From the NCBI GenBank assembly GCA_000388065.2, contig KB932217.1: a DNA stretch of 40,131 nt; one strand, 5' to 3'. A program made the translations under genes and the position numbers. The first letter of the stretch is position 1; each line of letters opens with the position of its first letter. This DNA is from Fonticula alba ATCC 38817. Lineage: Eukaryota; Protista; Nucleariida. Under the pieces are notes generated by a model, which was not told where the DNA came from, did no database searches, and saw only the letters and a program-made list of their open reading frames with translations. This document shows, piece by piece, positions 1 to 11,303 of the stretch.

Positions 1-79
1 CCCCCCCCCCCCCTCCCCCCTCTCCAGATCGGGAGGAAACACCCTCCTCCCAGGCATTCCCCTCGCCGCCCCGACACGT

Positions 80-3000
80 ATGTCGGTCCCGGCGCTCGCC
101 ACACCCAGCACCTCGGCCCCCCGGTCTCCGGCGGCCGGGGACGGCTCGGTGTCCAAAGCTCCTTTGGGGGCTCGCGGCTCGCCGCCGCTGGATTGCGGCG
201 CCGATCTGAAGGTCTCCCCGGTGCGTCGGACCCTCGGGGCCGGATCCCCCTCGGACCTGCGGTCGGCACCCTCCTCGCCGGCAATGGCAGCCGGGTCGCC
301 GGCTCCCCCCTCGCCCGGGGGGGCGGATGGCGAAGCGCGTGCCTCCTCGCACGGGCTGGTCTCCCCCCCGGCCAGCCCGTCGTTGGATCGCTCGGCCGCC
401 AGCCGGCCCCTGGGCATCGCCCCCCGCCGAGAAGGCGCCCGGGCTGGATCGGGCAGCAATCGTCGGAAGTCGGCCCTGCCCCTGCGGTCGCCGGTCCTCG
501 GTGGCCTTCCGGCCAACCGGGCCGCCAGCCTCTTCGGGTCGCCACCGCTGTCGGCGGCCGTGTCGCCGCAAAATGGGCCGCTCCCACGGGCGGCCGACGC
601 GGCCGGCAGCTTCCGCGTCACGACCTCCCACTCGCCGGACTCCTCCTCCTCCTCTTCCTCCGATGATGATGATGATGGCGATGATGATGGCGGTGACGAT
701 GGCCCTCATGCCCGGAGGAGGAGTCACCTCGCGGCCAACGCCCCGGGTGGCTTGGGCCCCGGGTCATCGCGGTCATCCGGTGCCGAGGGACCGGCCGGCG
801 CCTCCGGCACCAGCGCCAAGGGCGCCTCCTTCATGTTGCACTTCGCCGGCAGCAGCCCGGCCGATGCGGACATGGTCGACTGGCCGGAGAGCACGGCCGG
901 GTCACCCGGCCCCGAGCAGCATCCGCCGGTCTCGGGGGAGCTGAGCCCGACCGAGGCCGCCCTGGAGCCGGGGCACCCTCCCCAGCCGGCTCATGCCACC
1001 TCGGCACACCACCTGCTGGCCCTGCGCCGGAGCAATCAGCTCTACCTGGAGGATCAGATCCGGCGGATGCAACTGCCAGCGGCCCGGGCCCCGGCCGACC
1101 CATCGACCTTCCTCCGGCAGTACCGGTGGTTTGAGCCCGCCAAGTCCACCCCCTCGGAGGGGTCCGGCTGCGGGTCATCCTCATCGTCGTCGCTGGTGGC
1201 CGGGCGCACGCCGGGGACGCCCCCCTCGCCGGGCATGGCCGACGCGGCCCCCGGCAATGGTGGCCCCGGGCCCGGGCCGTCGACCGGGCTGGACTCCGCC
1301 GGCAAGCAGCCAAGCAGCACCACCCTCCGGCGGCGGGCCGGTGTGGATGGCGAGTCCCGGCGCCGGGCCCTGGCCGCGGTCTTCGACGGGGACGCCGGCG
1401 CCGACAGCGACGGTGTGTCCGGCAGTGGGTTTGACGATTCGGCGGCCGACGATTCGGACCCCGAGCCGGGGTCCCCCTTCCGGACGCCACATCACCCGAG
1501 CGCCGGCGGCGGCCGGGGCTACATGCAGGCTGGCGGCGGGGCCCGGCGCCCTGGCGGCCCGGGGACCGCCGGGCAGCCCCCGGCCACCGGGGGCTCGGCC
1601 CATGCGGCCGGGCATCTGGGCCCGGGGCACGGGCCGGGCCCCTCGACTGGGTCGCGGCCGGGGGCCGTGTCGCGTGATGGCGCGGCTCCGGCCGAGTCCG
1701 ATGACGCCGGTTCCGCCCGGCTGACCCCCTACTCGCCGGTGGCCTTCGCCGCGCGCCGGCGCAACAGTGTCTCCGATGTGCTGGGGTTCTTCGGCATCAA
1801 TGGTCCTCTGGGGCTTGGGGCCGGGTCGGCCCCGCGCGGCTTGCAGCTGGCCAGCGATCTGTCGGCCTCGTTGCTGTCCAGTGCCGGTGGCATGCATGCC
1901 AGTGCCCTGGCCCATCATCCCACCCTGGTGGAGGGGTCGGCCGGGGGCAGCGGCGTCGGCGGCGCCGGGGCCGGCGGTGCGGCGTCCTCCTCCTCGGCCC
2001 CCGGGGCCGGTGGCACCGGCGGCCTGGGCATCGTCATGGCCCCCACCCTCGGGGCGGACCTCCTGGCCACCGGGGCCCGGCATCACCTGCACCACTCCAG
2101 CGGGGGCCATTTGTTCGCCGGGCCCGGCCGGCGTCCGTCTCTCAGTGCCCCGGGCACTGGTGGGCCCTACATGGCGAGTGCGCACCATTTGCAGGCCCAC
2201 CAACACCCGGCGCCCGGTGGCTTCCCCCTGTTCGGGGAGGACGCCCCGGAGGCCGGGCTTGTCGAGCAGCAGCAGCAGCAGCAGCAACCGCGCCCGGGGC
2301 CTGGGTCGGCGACGGGCGGCTTGGCCGGCGGCAAGGCCCGCAAGCCGGGCCCCGGTGCCGGCAAGCAGGGGTCCTCCTCCGGGGCGTCAGCGTCAGCAGC
2401 GGCCACGGGCGGCGCGGCCGCCGGTGCTCGCAAGCCCCAGGCCGGCGGGGCTGGCGGCACGTCGACCACCGCCGGCGGTGCGACGTCCACCGGTTCCGGC
2501 AAGGCCGGCGAGCGCAAGGAAAAGAAGCGCCACCGGCGCGCCGACGGCACGACGGCCCCCGGCGAAGGGGGGGCCGCGGCCGACGGGCCGGAGGGTGCCC
2601 TGGCACGGAAGCGTGCGCGCGCCGCCGGCGGGGCCGCCGGGTCTGGCGCCGGGCGCCGGACCTCGGCCACTGGCAGCCTGAGCACCCCGCCGCCCGGGGG
2701 GAAGGCCCGCCGGACCGGGGACAACCTTCCGCCCGGGTCCATGGGGGACATGCTCGGGGGCGATGCCCTGCTTTTGCTCGGGGCGGATGCCGACGACCCG
2801 GAGGGGGCCCTGGCCCGGCATGCGCACCTGTCCAAGAAGTGTGCCGCCTGCCAGACCACTCGGACGCCCTACTGGCGGGATGGCTGGACCACGGACTGTC
2901 TGCTGTGCAATGCTTGTGGCATTCGCTTCCAGAAGTACCGGACCCGGTGCAACTCCTGCGACTATGTTCCCCGCAAGGATGAAGCCTCGCGCTTCGAGTG

Positions 3001-4093
3001 CGCACGGTGCCACAAGTCCGGCACCATGCGCGTGGTCCAGCGCGGCGAGCGGGCCGAGCAGCAGCGCGAGAAGAAGACCACCCCCAGCGGTGGTGGTGGT
3101 GGCGGTGCCGGTGGCGGTGCCTCCGGCGGGTCTGGTGCCTCGGCCAGTGGCAAGTCCTCCAAAAAGGCGGCCAAGGCCACGACCGCGGCTGCGGCTGCTG
3201 GTGGCAGCCTGGCTCGGCCGCCGGGAGCAGCCTCGGCCAGCTCGGCCGGCGGCTCGGGCAAGTCCCTCTCCTCGGCCGGCGGGGTGTCGCTCAAGTCCTC
3301 GCTGATGATCCCGGCCGGCACCCATCAGTCCATCAGTGGGAGCCTGTCGGCCACGGCGATGCCGGCGATGCCGGGCGGGGCCGCGCGTCCGGTGGCCTCC
3401 GGCCCTTCTAGCGCCGGCAAGGCGGCCACCGGCGGCGCCTCGGCCCCGGTGGCCGTGTCCTCCGGCGCATCTGCTTCGGCCGTGTCCTCGGCCGTGTCCT
3501 CGGCCGTGTCTGGCCCGGCCCCGGCCGCGTCGGCGACGTCTCCCTCTGTGGTGGCTGTGCCTGCTGCCCCGGCGACCGGGGCCGGCCCTGCCCCTGGGCC
3601 GAGCACTGGCAAGGCGGCCTTTGCCCCGGTGGCGACTTCGTCTGCGGCTCCTGTGGTGGCTCCTGTGGTGGCTCCTGTGGTGGCTTCTGTGGTGGCTCCT
3701 GCTGCGGTTGCTGCTGCGGCCCCTGTCATCACTCCTGCTACCACTCCTGCTGCCACTCCTGCTGCCACTCCTGCTGCCACTCCTGCTGCCACTCCTGCTG
3801 CCACTCCTGCGGCTCTTGCCATGAGACCTTCGTCTGGGGTTGCCCCGACGCCGGCCGCAGTCGTTGTCCCCTCCTCTGCTTCGGCTCCCGTTGTGTCCTC
3901 CCCGCCGTCCTCTCCTCCCATCACGGCTGCGCCGCAGCCCGCGCCGGCGGCCGCCTCCTCCTCGTCGCAGAGTTCCCCGGCTCCGGCGGCTGCCGCATCT
4001 TCCCCTTCCGCCAGTGCGCCGACCCCGGCCACGGTGGGAGTCGCGGTGCCGGCCGGCGTGCCCGGGCCCAGCTCGGGCGCGAGCCGGCCCTGA
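80..4093 (+). CDS. GATA-type zinc-finger transcription factor with long low-complexity flanks (1337 aa ORF; 5' end may extend upstream)
   Basis: CAAC-x18-CNAC finger (KCAACQTTRTPYWRDGWTTDCLLCNACGIRFQKY) at ~2840-2940, followed by a second CNSC-x13-CARC module ending at 3010. Basic NLS-like stretch ERKEKKRHRR. The frame stays open upstream to an AG at 26-27 preceded by a poly-C tract, so an earlier exon may lie outside the window. Confidence 0.9.
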   Translation: MSVPALATPSTSAPRSPAAGDGSVSKAPLGARGSPPLDCGADLKVSPVRRTLGAGSPSDLRSAPSSPAMAAGSPAPPSPGGADGEARASSHGLVSPPASPSLDRSAASRPLGIAPRREGARAGSGSNRRKSALPLRSPVLGGLPANRAASLFGSPPLSAAVSPQNGPLPRAADAAGSFRVTTSHSPDSSSSSSSDDDDDGDDDGGDDGPHARRRSHLAANAPGGLGPGSSRSSGAEGPAGASGTSAKGASFMLHFAGSSPADADMVDWPESTAGSPGPEQHPPVSGELSPTEAALEPGHPPQPAHATSAHHLLALRRSNQLYLEDQIRRMQLPAARAPADPSTFLRQYRWFEPAKSTPSEGSGCGSSSSSSLVAGRTPGTPPSPGMADAAPGNGGPGPGPSTGLDSAGKQPSSTTLRRRAGVDGESRRRALAAVFDGDAGADSDGVSGSGFDDSAADDSDPEPGSPFRTPHHPSAGGGRGYMQAGGGARRPGGPGTAGQPPATGGSAHAAGHLGPGHGPGPSTGSRPGAVSRDGAAPAESDDAGSARLTPYSPVAFAARRRNSVSDVLGFFGINGPLGLGAGSAPRGLQLASDLSASLLSSAGGMHASALAHHPTLVEGSAGGSGVGGAGAGGAASSSSAPGAGGTGGLGIVMAPTLGADLLATGARHHLHHSSGGHLFAGPGRRPSLSAPGTGGPYMASAHHLQAHQHPAPGGFPLFGEDAPEAGLVEQQQQQQQPRPGPGSATGGLAGGKARKPGPGAGKQGSSSGASASAAATGGAAAGARKPQAGGAGGTSTTAGGATSTGSGKAGERKEKKRHRRADGTTAPGEGGAAADGPEGALARKRARAAGGAAGSGAGRRTSATGSLSTPPPGGKARRTGDNLPPGSMGDMLGGDALLLLGADADDPEGALARHAHLSKKCAACQTTRTPYWRDGWTTDCLLCNACGIRFQKYRTRCNSCDYVPRKDEASRFECARCHKSGTMRVVQRGERAEQQREKKTTPSGGGGGGAGGGASGGSGASASGKSSKKAAKATTAAAAAGGSLARPPGAASASSAGGSGKSLSSAGGVSLKSSLMIPAGTHQSISGSLSATAMPAMPGGAARPVASGPSSAGKAATGGASAPVAVSSGASASAVSSAVSSAVSGPAPAASATSPSVVAVPAAPATGAGPAPGPSTGKAAFAPVATSSAAPVVAPVVAPVVASVVAPAAVAAAAPVITPATTPAATPAATPAATPAATPAATPAALAMRPSSGVAPTPAAVVVPSSASAPVVSSPPSSPPITAAPQPAPAAASSSSQSSPAPAAAASSPSASAPTPATVGVAVPAGVPGPSSGASRP
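3646..3808 (+). repeat. Coding 12-nt tandem repeats (APVV units, then PAAT units) in the GATA factor C-terminus
   Basis: gctcctgtggtg repeated at ~3646-3700 and cctgctgccact repeated at ~3733-3808. Confidence 0.85.
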
Positions 4094-4204
4094 TCCGATG
4101 CCATCTTCCCTTCTTCTCCCCATGTTCTTCCCTGTCCTTGTGCCCATTGTATTTCCCCCCTTCCCCTTCCACCCGACGATCTAGTTTCGCCCTTTCTTCC
4201 TCCC

Positions 4205-4206
4205 TG

Positions 4207-4244
<38 letters not shown>
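4205..4244 (+). repeat. (CT)n microsatellite between convergent GATA and PSMA6 3' ends
   Basis: Direct reading: ctgtctctctgtctctctctc... run. Confidence 0.85.
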
Positions 4245-4249
<5 letters not shown>

Positions 4250-4602
4250 GTCTCCCGTTCGCCCCCGTTTCCCCGCTTGCGATGGAGGCGACAATGCAGA
4301 CACCCTCTCTCTCTCTCTCTCCCGTTCTCTGGCTTGTGCGGGCGCGTGTACACGGCGGAGCCCAATCGCACGGGGCTCTCCACCGGAGGCCTGGCATCTT
4401 TGAGGGGTTATCATATTTGTACAGGGGGATGGGTGTGAAAATGGGCGCGACCCGGAGGCAGGGGAGGGCGAGGGGGCCAAACACGCCAGGAAAAGGGAAA
4501 GACAAAGGAGGAGCTCCCCGGCGCGCACATGCGGCGAGAAACAAGGTCAAAGGCCGGCAGGCCGGGCGAGGGATCGGACAATGATGAACGGGCTGGTGGG
4601 GC

Positions 4603-6160
<1,558 letters not shown>

Positions 6161-6551
6161 NNNNNNNNNNNNNNNNNNNNNNNNNNNNNNNNNNNNNNNN
6201 NNNNNNNNNNNNNNNNNNNNNNNNNNNNNNNNNNNNNNNNNNNNNNNNNNNNNNNNNNNNNNNNNNNNNNNNNNNNNNNNNNNNNNNNNNNNNNNNNNNN
6301 NNNNNNNNNNNNNNNNNNNNNNNNNNNNNNNNNNNNNNNNNNNNNNNNNNNNNNNNNNNNNNNNNNNNNNNNNNNNNNNNNNNNNNNNNNNNNNNNNNNN
6401 NNNNNNNNNNNNNNNNNNNNNNNNNNNNNNNNNNNNNNNNNNNNNNNNNNNNNNNNNNNNNNNNNNNNNNNNNNNNNNNNNNNNNNNNNNNNNNNNNNNN
6501 NNNNNNNNNNNNNNNNNNNNNNNNNNNNNNNNNNNNNNNNNNNNNNNNNNN
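6161..6551. other. Assembly gap (N run)
   Basis: Ns in sequence. Confidence 1.
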
Positions 6552-7325
6552 CCCCCCGCCCCCCCCCGCCGCCGCCGGTGCTTGAACGGGCCGCGGCGGC
6601 CGTGCTGACAGCCAGTGCCCTCCCTAAACGCTAGCGTCCTCTTCTTGCGCGGGCACCCCCTCGCTCCGGGGGTGGGGGAGAGACGCGCGTCCCCCGGTGT
6701 AATCGGCGCGGCAAATACGCGCCCACACCCAACGGCCCCGGTCCTCCCTTCCCCCTCCCTCCCCCTCATCGGACCCCGCTTCTGGAAGGTCCGGCCCCCG
6801 GGGCTTGCCTCTCTCACCGCCGCCGGTGACGGCCGTCCTCCGCCGCCCTTGTGGGAGCCTGGCTTCTGGAAGGCCCCCAGGGAGAGTGGGCCCAAGACGT
6901 TTGCTCGCGCGCGTGCGCGCGCGCATGCACGCCCGCTCCCCCGCCCCAGGCCGGCCGGCCGGCCGGCCGGGAGGACGTTGGACAGCTCGGCGCCCGGGGC
7001 GGGCGGCTGGCGCGACGGACGGCCGGCGCAAGCGCTGGCAGTTGGTCATATCATGTGGGCCGGCGCCTGATCCGGAGCCCCCGCGTGTTCTGATCGCACC
7101 AGCCCCTGCGTCCGCCTGCCGGCGCCCCGCCGGAGCGGCGGCTCGGGATATTTTCGCGCCCACCACCGTCCTGGTCTCATCCTCTCTCCGGGCCGCCTGG
7201 GCCTTGTGCGTCTGGTCCGGGGGACGGGGGGGTCTATTGTCTTCCATACAGAAAGACAGGGAGAGAGAGAGAGAGAGGAAGGGAGAAAAGGGAGACAGGG
7301 ACCAGGGGCCTCTTGCGCTCGGCAC

Positions 7326-8117
7326 TCACAGCTCCGGCATGGCACGGACCTCGCCCTCCGGGTTCCGGGCAATGTGCCGGATGAGAGCCAGGACCCGGGT
7401 GTCTGCGAACTCCGGGGGCACAGGCCGGCGCTCGGTGGCCCAGTAGTAGATGTCCCAGTCGTTCTCGTCCAGCAGGCGGTCATACTGCTCGAGCTCCGTG
7501 TCGTCCAGCTCATCGAGGTGGCGCTTGGCAAAGGTGCCCAGGATGAGGTCGTTCTCGAGGATGCCGCGCTTGCTGCAGGCGGCACCAATGCCCGCCGTCC
7601 GGGCAGGGGCCGAGGGAAGCCGCGCACCGGCGACCGGCGGAGGACAGGGAAAACCAGTTAGCATTCGGACGGCCGCGGCACCACCGGCCAAAAGGGGCAC
7701 AAGAGGGAGGGCAGGCAAGGGGGCAGGGGCACACTCGCCACCCCCCCCCCCCTCGCCGAGGGAGGGGGGAGACTCTTCCACGCACCGGCTCTCCCAGAGA
7801 AGACGCTTGCGCTTGTTGTCGATCGGCTCGTTCGGCCGCGGGGCCGGGCGCAGCTGGAAGGGGGGGATGTATTCGTCCTCGGCATTGCCGGAGGTGGGGT
7901 TGGTGACGCGCATCATGGCCGACGCGTCGAAATCCACCCCGATCGCGGGATTGGCATACGGGTTGTCGCCGGCCGGGGCCGAGGGCGAGGAGCCGGACGT
8001 GGAGTACAGGCGGAAGCGCGCCGCCAGATTGGGCGACGCTGCGGCAAGGGCGGCCGGAGCGGCCCGGGCGTGGGTCACAGTCCGGGCCACGGTGCGCAGG
8101 GCAAGGCGAGTGAACAT
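7326..8117 (-). CDS. SDHAF2: Succinate dehydrogenase assembly factor 2 (Sdh5), 2 exons: 8117-7786, 7572-7326 (~192 aa)
   Basis: Mitochondrial-type presequence MFTRLALRTVAR. The spliced join gives KRKRLLWESR|KRGILENDLILGTFAKRHL...YDRLLDENDWDIYYWAT, the Sdh5 family signature. Confidence 0.95.
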   Translation of the reverse strand: MFTRLALRTVARTVTHARAAPAALAAASPNLAARFRLYSTSGSSPSAPAGDNPYANPAIGVDFDASAMMRVTNPTSGNAEDEYIPPFQLRPAPRPNEPIDNKRKRLLWESRCVEESPPSLGEGGGGGECAPAPLPALPLVPLLAGGAAAVRMLTGFPCPPPVAGARLPSAPARTAGIGAACSKRGILENDLILGTFAKRHLDELDDTELEQYDRLLDENDWDIYYWATERRPVPPEFADTRVLALIRHIARNPEGEVRAMPEL

Positions 8118-8312
8118 GGCAACACAGTCGGGGGGAGGGGGGAGGGAGGGGGGGGGGACAGCCAGCGGGAGGAAGGGGGAAGGGTTGCCAAGGTGGGATG
8201 CAAGAGGGGAGGGGACTCCGCGCGAGCGGGCGCCAGGGCCGCCGAAAACAGGGAAAATGTCCCCACGCCCCTGGCGGATCTCCCGGTCGCGTTGCACCTG
8301 CCATCGAGATCT

Positions 8313-8360
<48 letters not shown>

Positions 8361-8752
8361 CATGAGTCTGACAACTGTGTCGGCCCCACGGCCGGCCCCG
8401 CCCCCGCCCCGGCCCACCTTCGCCCTCGAGCCGCCGCGCCCGCCGGCCGGGGGCAACACGTTCCGCCTCGGTCTCACCGCAGACTGGGCATGTATTTGGC
8501 CAAGTGCCAACGTTTGGCGCCGCCTCGGCACTGCGCCCGATCGGTCCGGCTCCCTCCCAGCCGCCGGATGGTGAAGGGAGAACAGGCGGGACAAAACTGG
8601 GTGTATTGCCGGCGCGCTTACGCGCAGCCTACAGAGAGAGAGAGGGGGGTGAGGGGAGAGGGAGCGCGGGCGGACGCCAGCACAGACATCCACACGAGCA
8701 AGTGAGGGGGGCGGCCCAGGGCGCGGGGGCCCGCCCGGCGGAGGCGGCCGCC

Positions 8753-9345
8753 CTAGACGGAGGAGGACCGCGGCCGGGCCGGGCCGGGAATCTGCGTGAG
8801 CATGGCCCATGGCTGCTGCGGCGCTGCCCCAGAGCCCGAGGATCCAGGCATGACCATGACCGAGGCCCGAACGCCGGGTGCCTGGACGGGTGGCAGCGCC
8901 ATTGGCCGGAGCCGAGGTCAGTTGTGGCCGACGGTGGTGGGGCGGTTCGTGGGAAAGGGCAAGCGGGAGGGAGCAGAGGGAAAGGAAGCAGCGGAGAGGG
9001 CCACGCACCTGGGGCGATGGCCGGCCTGCAGGGCCGCCAGACGAGACGGCATGCGGTGCCAGGAAGTCGTGTGAAGGGGGGCCCCCTGCATGGGGACCAG
9101 ATGGCCAGGGAAGGACCGGGGAGGGTGGCAGGGTGCGCGTTAGAAGGGCGGCCAGCATGAGGATGCCACAGGGACGGCGGCAAGTCGCACCGGCAAAGTC
9201 TCCGGCCGACGGGTCGATGTGATGATACGCCGGACCCTGGTGCGAGTGGTAGTGGTGCTGGTCGTATTGCACCGGCTGCTGCGACTGCGAGGATGGCTGA
9301 AAGGGCGCATGCTGTGTCGAGGCGTGGTACGACTGCTGGTGGTAC

Positions 9346-9384
<39 letters not shown>

Positions 9385-9936
9385 GATGCCTGCTGCGACG
9401 GGTGGTGATACTGCGCGGCCGGGGGGTGCCGTGCTTGGGTGTCGTAATAGACACCCGCCGGGGGCTGATCACCCGGGGCATGTCGGAGATCATAGTGCGT
9501 GTCTCCGGGCCCGGCGCCCGGCGGAGGGACCACGTCATAGTAGTAGCCCGGGTGCCCAGAGCCCAGCACGCCCTGCGGCTGGTATAGCCCATGCTGCGAG
9601 GAGTACATCCCCCCGGCGAGGCCCGAATCGAGGGGCCCATGCTGCTGGTGCTGCTCGCCATCGGGCGACAGTGGCGGCGAGCCGGAGTCCGGGTCGGCCG
9701 GCTCCGGCGAGCCGGCTTGCATCTTCACGGATGCCCCGGCCGCCGGGACAGCACCCCCGGCATCGGGGTCGGTGGGGTTGCTGGACGGCCGGGCGGGATG
9801 CGGCCGAGGGGGCGGCAGCCCGGTCGCCCCGGAATCCAACAGCGGCTCGGCCGTGACGCGCGAGGTGGACTCCTTCTCGGCGCCGGGCAACGCCGGTGGG
9901 GGGGCCGGCCCGGAGCCGGACTTGGAAGCGGCCGCC

Positions 9937-9971
<35 letters not shown>

Positions 9972-10928
9972 CGCCGCGGCGCTGGCAGCTTGGGTCTGGG
10001 CCGCCACTTCGGCAGTCACACGTCGGCGAGTCTCCTCCAGCAGGGAGGCCACCGCCTCCGGGTAGATGGCCAGGCCGGTCATGCCGTAGAGATCCTCCTC
10101 GCAGGACTTCGGGTCCAGGCCGCGCAAAATGGCCTCCTCACAGACGTGGTTGATCATCAGCCGCAGATGCAGGTCCAGCTGGTTGGTCCGGGTCACCACG
10201 TCGGTGTACTTTTGGGTGATCCTCTGGGTGAGGAGCTCGCGCGCGGCCGGGTCGTCCATCATGGGCATGCCCCCGGGGCCGGGGGCCGACATGCACTCGG
10301 CCTCCCCGGCGTGGCTGCCGAAGGAGGCTCCCCCGCAGGGGGGAAGATCTGGCCGCCGGCCGGCGCCCCCGGCCGGGCCGCCAGCCAGGCCGCCGGTCAG
10401 GCCGCCGGGGCCCAGCAAAGCCAGCTCCCCGGCCGGGGCGCCGACTTCCAGCTGCGGCTCGCCCTCCAGCAGGAGCTCATTCGTCAGCATGAGCGTGGTC
10501 TTGGCCTGGCGGATGTAATTGGCCGTCAGCTGCAACACCCGGGCCTTGTTGATGTTGGCAATGTTGTGGGCCTCCGGCAGGATGGGGAACACCCCCTGCG
10601 GAGGGTCGGCATTGGTGGGGGTCAGCAACTTCCGCAGGGAGGTGATGGCGTCGTTCAGCTCGGCGCGATACTTCCGCTCCATCTCCGAGTGTTGCTTGCG
10701 CTGGGTGTTGGAGCCTGGCAGGGGGATGCACATGCGGCCCGGCGATGGGCAGGGCGCGTAGTGAGGACCGACGGGGGGCAAGGGAGGGGGGGGGGGGCGG
10801 AGGTGAGGAGGCCAGGGGAGAGGAGCAAAGACACAAGGAAAGGCAGGATCCCGGCAGGGCGTACCGCCGCGGGCCGAGGCCCCGGCCCGGCCACCGCGCT
10901 TGGTTGCACCGGCCGTAGCACCTGACAT
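8753..10928 (-). CDS. bHLH transcription factor of SREBP/Tye7 type, 4 exons: 10928-10865, 10714-9191, 9085-9009, 8881-8753 (~597 aa)
   Basis: Basic region QHSEMERKYRAELNDAITSLRKLL and helix 2 INKARVLQLTANYI. Poly-Ala and poly-Gln tracts downstream. All three introns are GT-AG and phase-consistent; the last two small exons are less certain. Confidence 0.85.
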
Positions 10929-11231
10929 AATGTTCCGGGGGTTGGCCGGCTTGGACCGGTCGGTGGGTGGCGAAGGCTAGCGGGAGGGAGGAAGGGCGAG
11001 GATGGAAAGGGGGGGAGGGGGACGTGCACAGAGCGCGCGCGTGTATGTGTCTTGTCGGGAGGCCAGGGGCGGGGAGGGGGGGGGGATAGGAGGGCGCGAT
11101 CAGGGAAACAGCGGAGCAGGAGGGGGGGGGGTGGAGAAAGAGGGGAGTGCCTCCAGGGGCGATCTCGCCCCCGGCCAGGCGTGGGCGCCCGAAAAGCAGA
11201 TCGCGCCGGCCCAAGTGCCGTGAGGGGGATC

Positions 11232-11235
<4 letters not shown>

Positions 11236-11298
<63 letters not shown>
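11236..11298 (+). repeat. (GA)n microsatellite, ~60 nt, upstream of the bHLH gene (probably a 5'UTR intron)
   Basis: Direct reading; similar runs at ~8324-8358, ~32208-32232, ~34598-34622 and ~36777-36816. Confidence 0.95.

Positions 11299-11303
<5 letters not shown>

Noticed and set aside
193-3305. Many long Arg/Pro/Gly-rich ORFs overlapping real genes on other frames and strands (here and throughout the window)
   Set aside because: Expected shadow ORFs at this GC content; no domain motifs, often non-ATG starts, and several run through N gaps.
7326-10928. 1200-aa ORF appearing to fuse a bHLH factor to SDHAF2
   Set aside because: Chance read-through of stop-poor GC-rich introns and intergenic DNA. 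It translates microsatellites (LSLSLSL), and each gene has its own start, stop and consistent splice sites.
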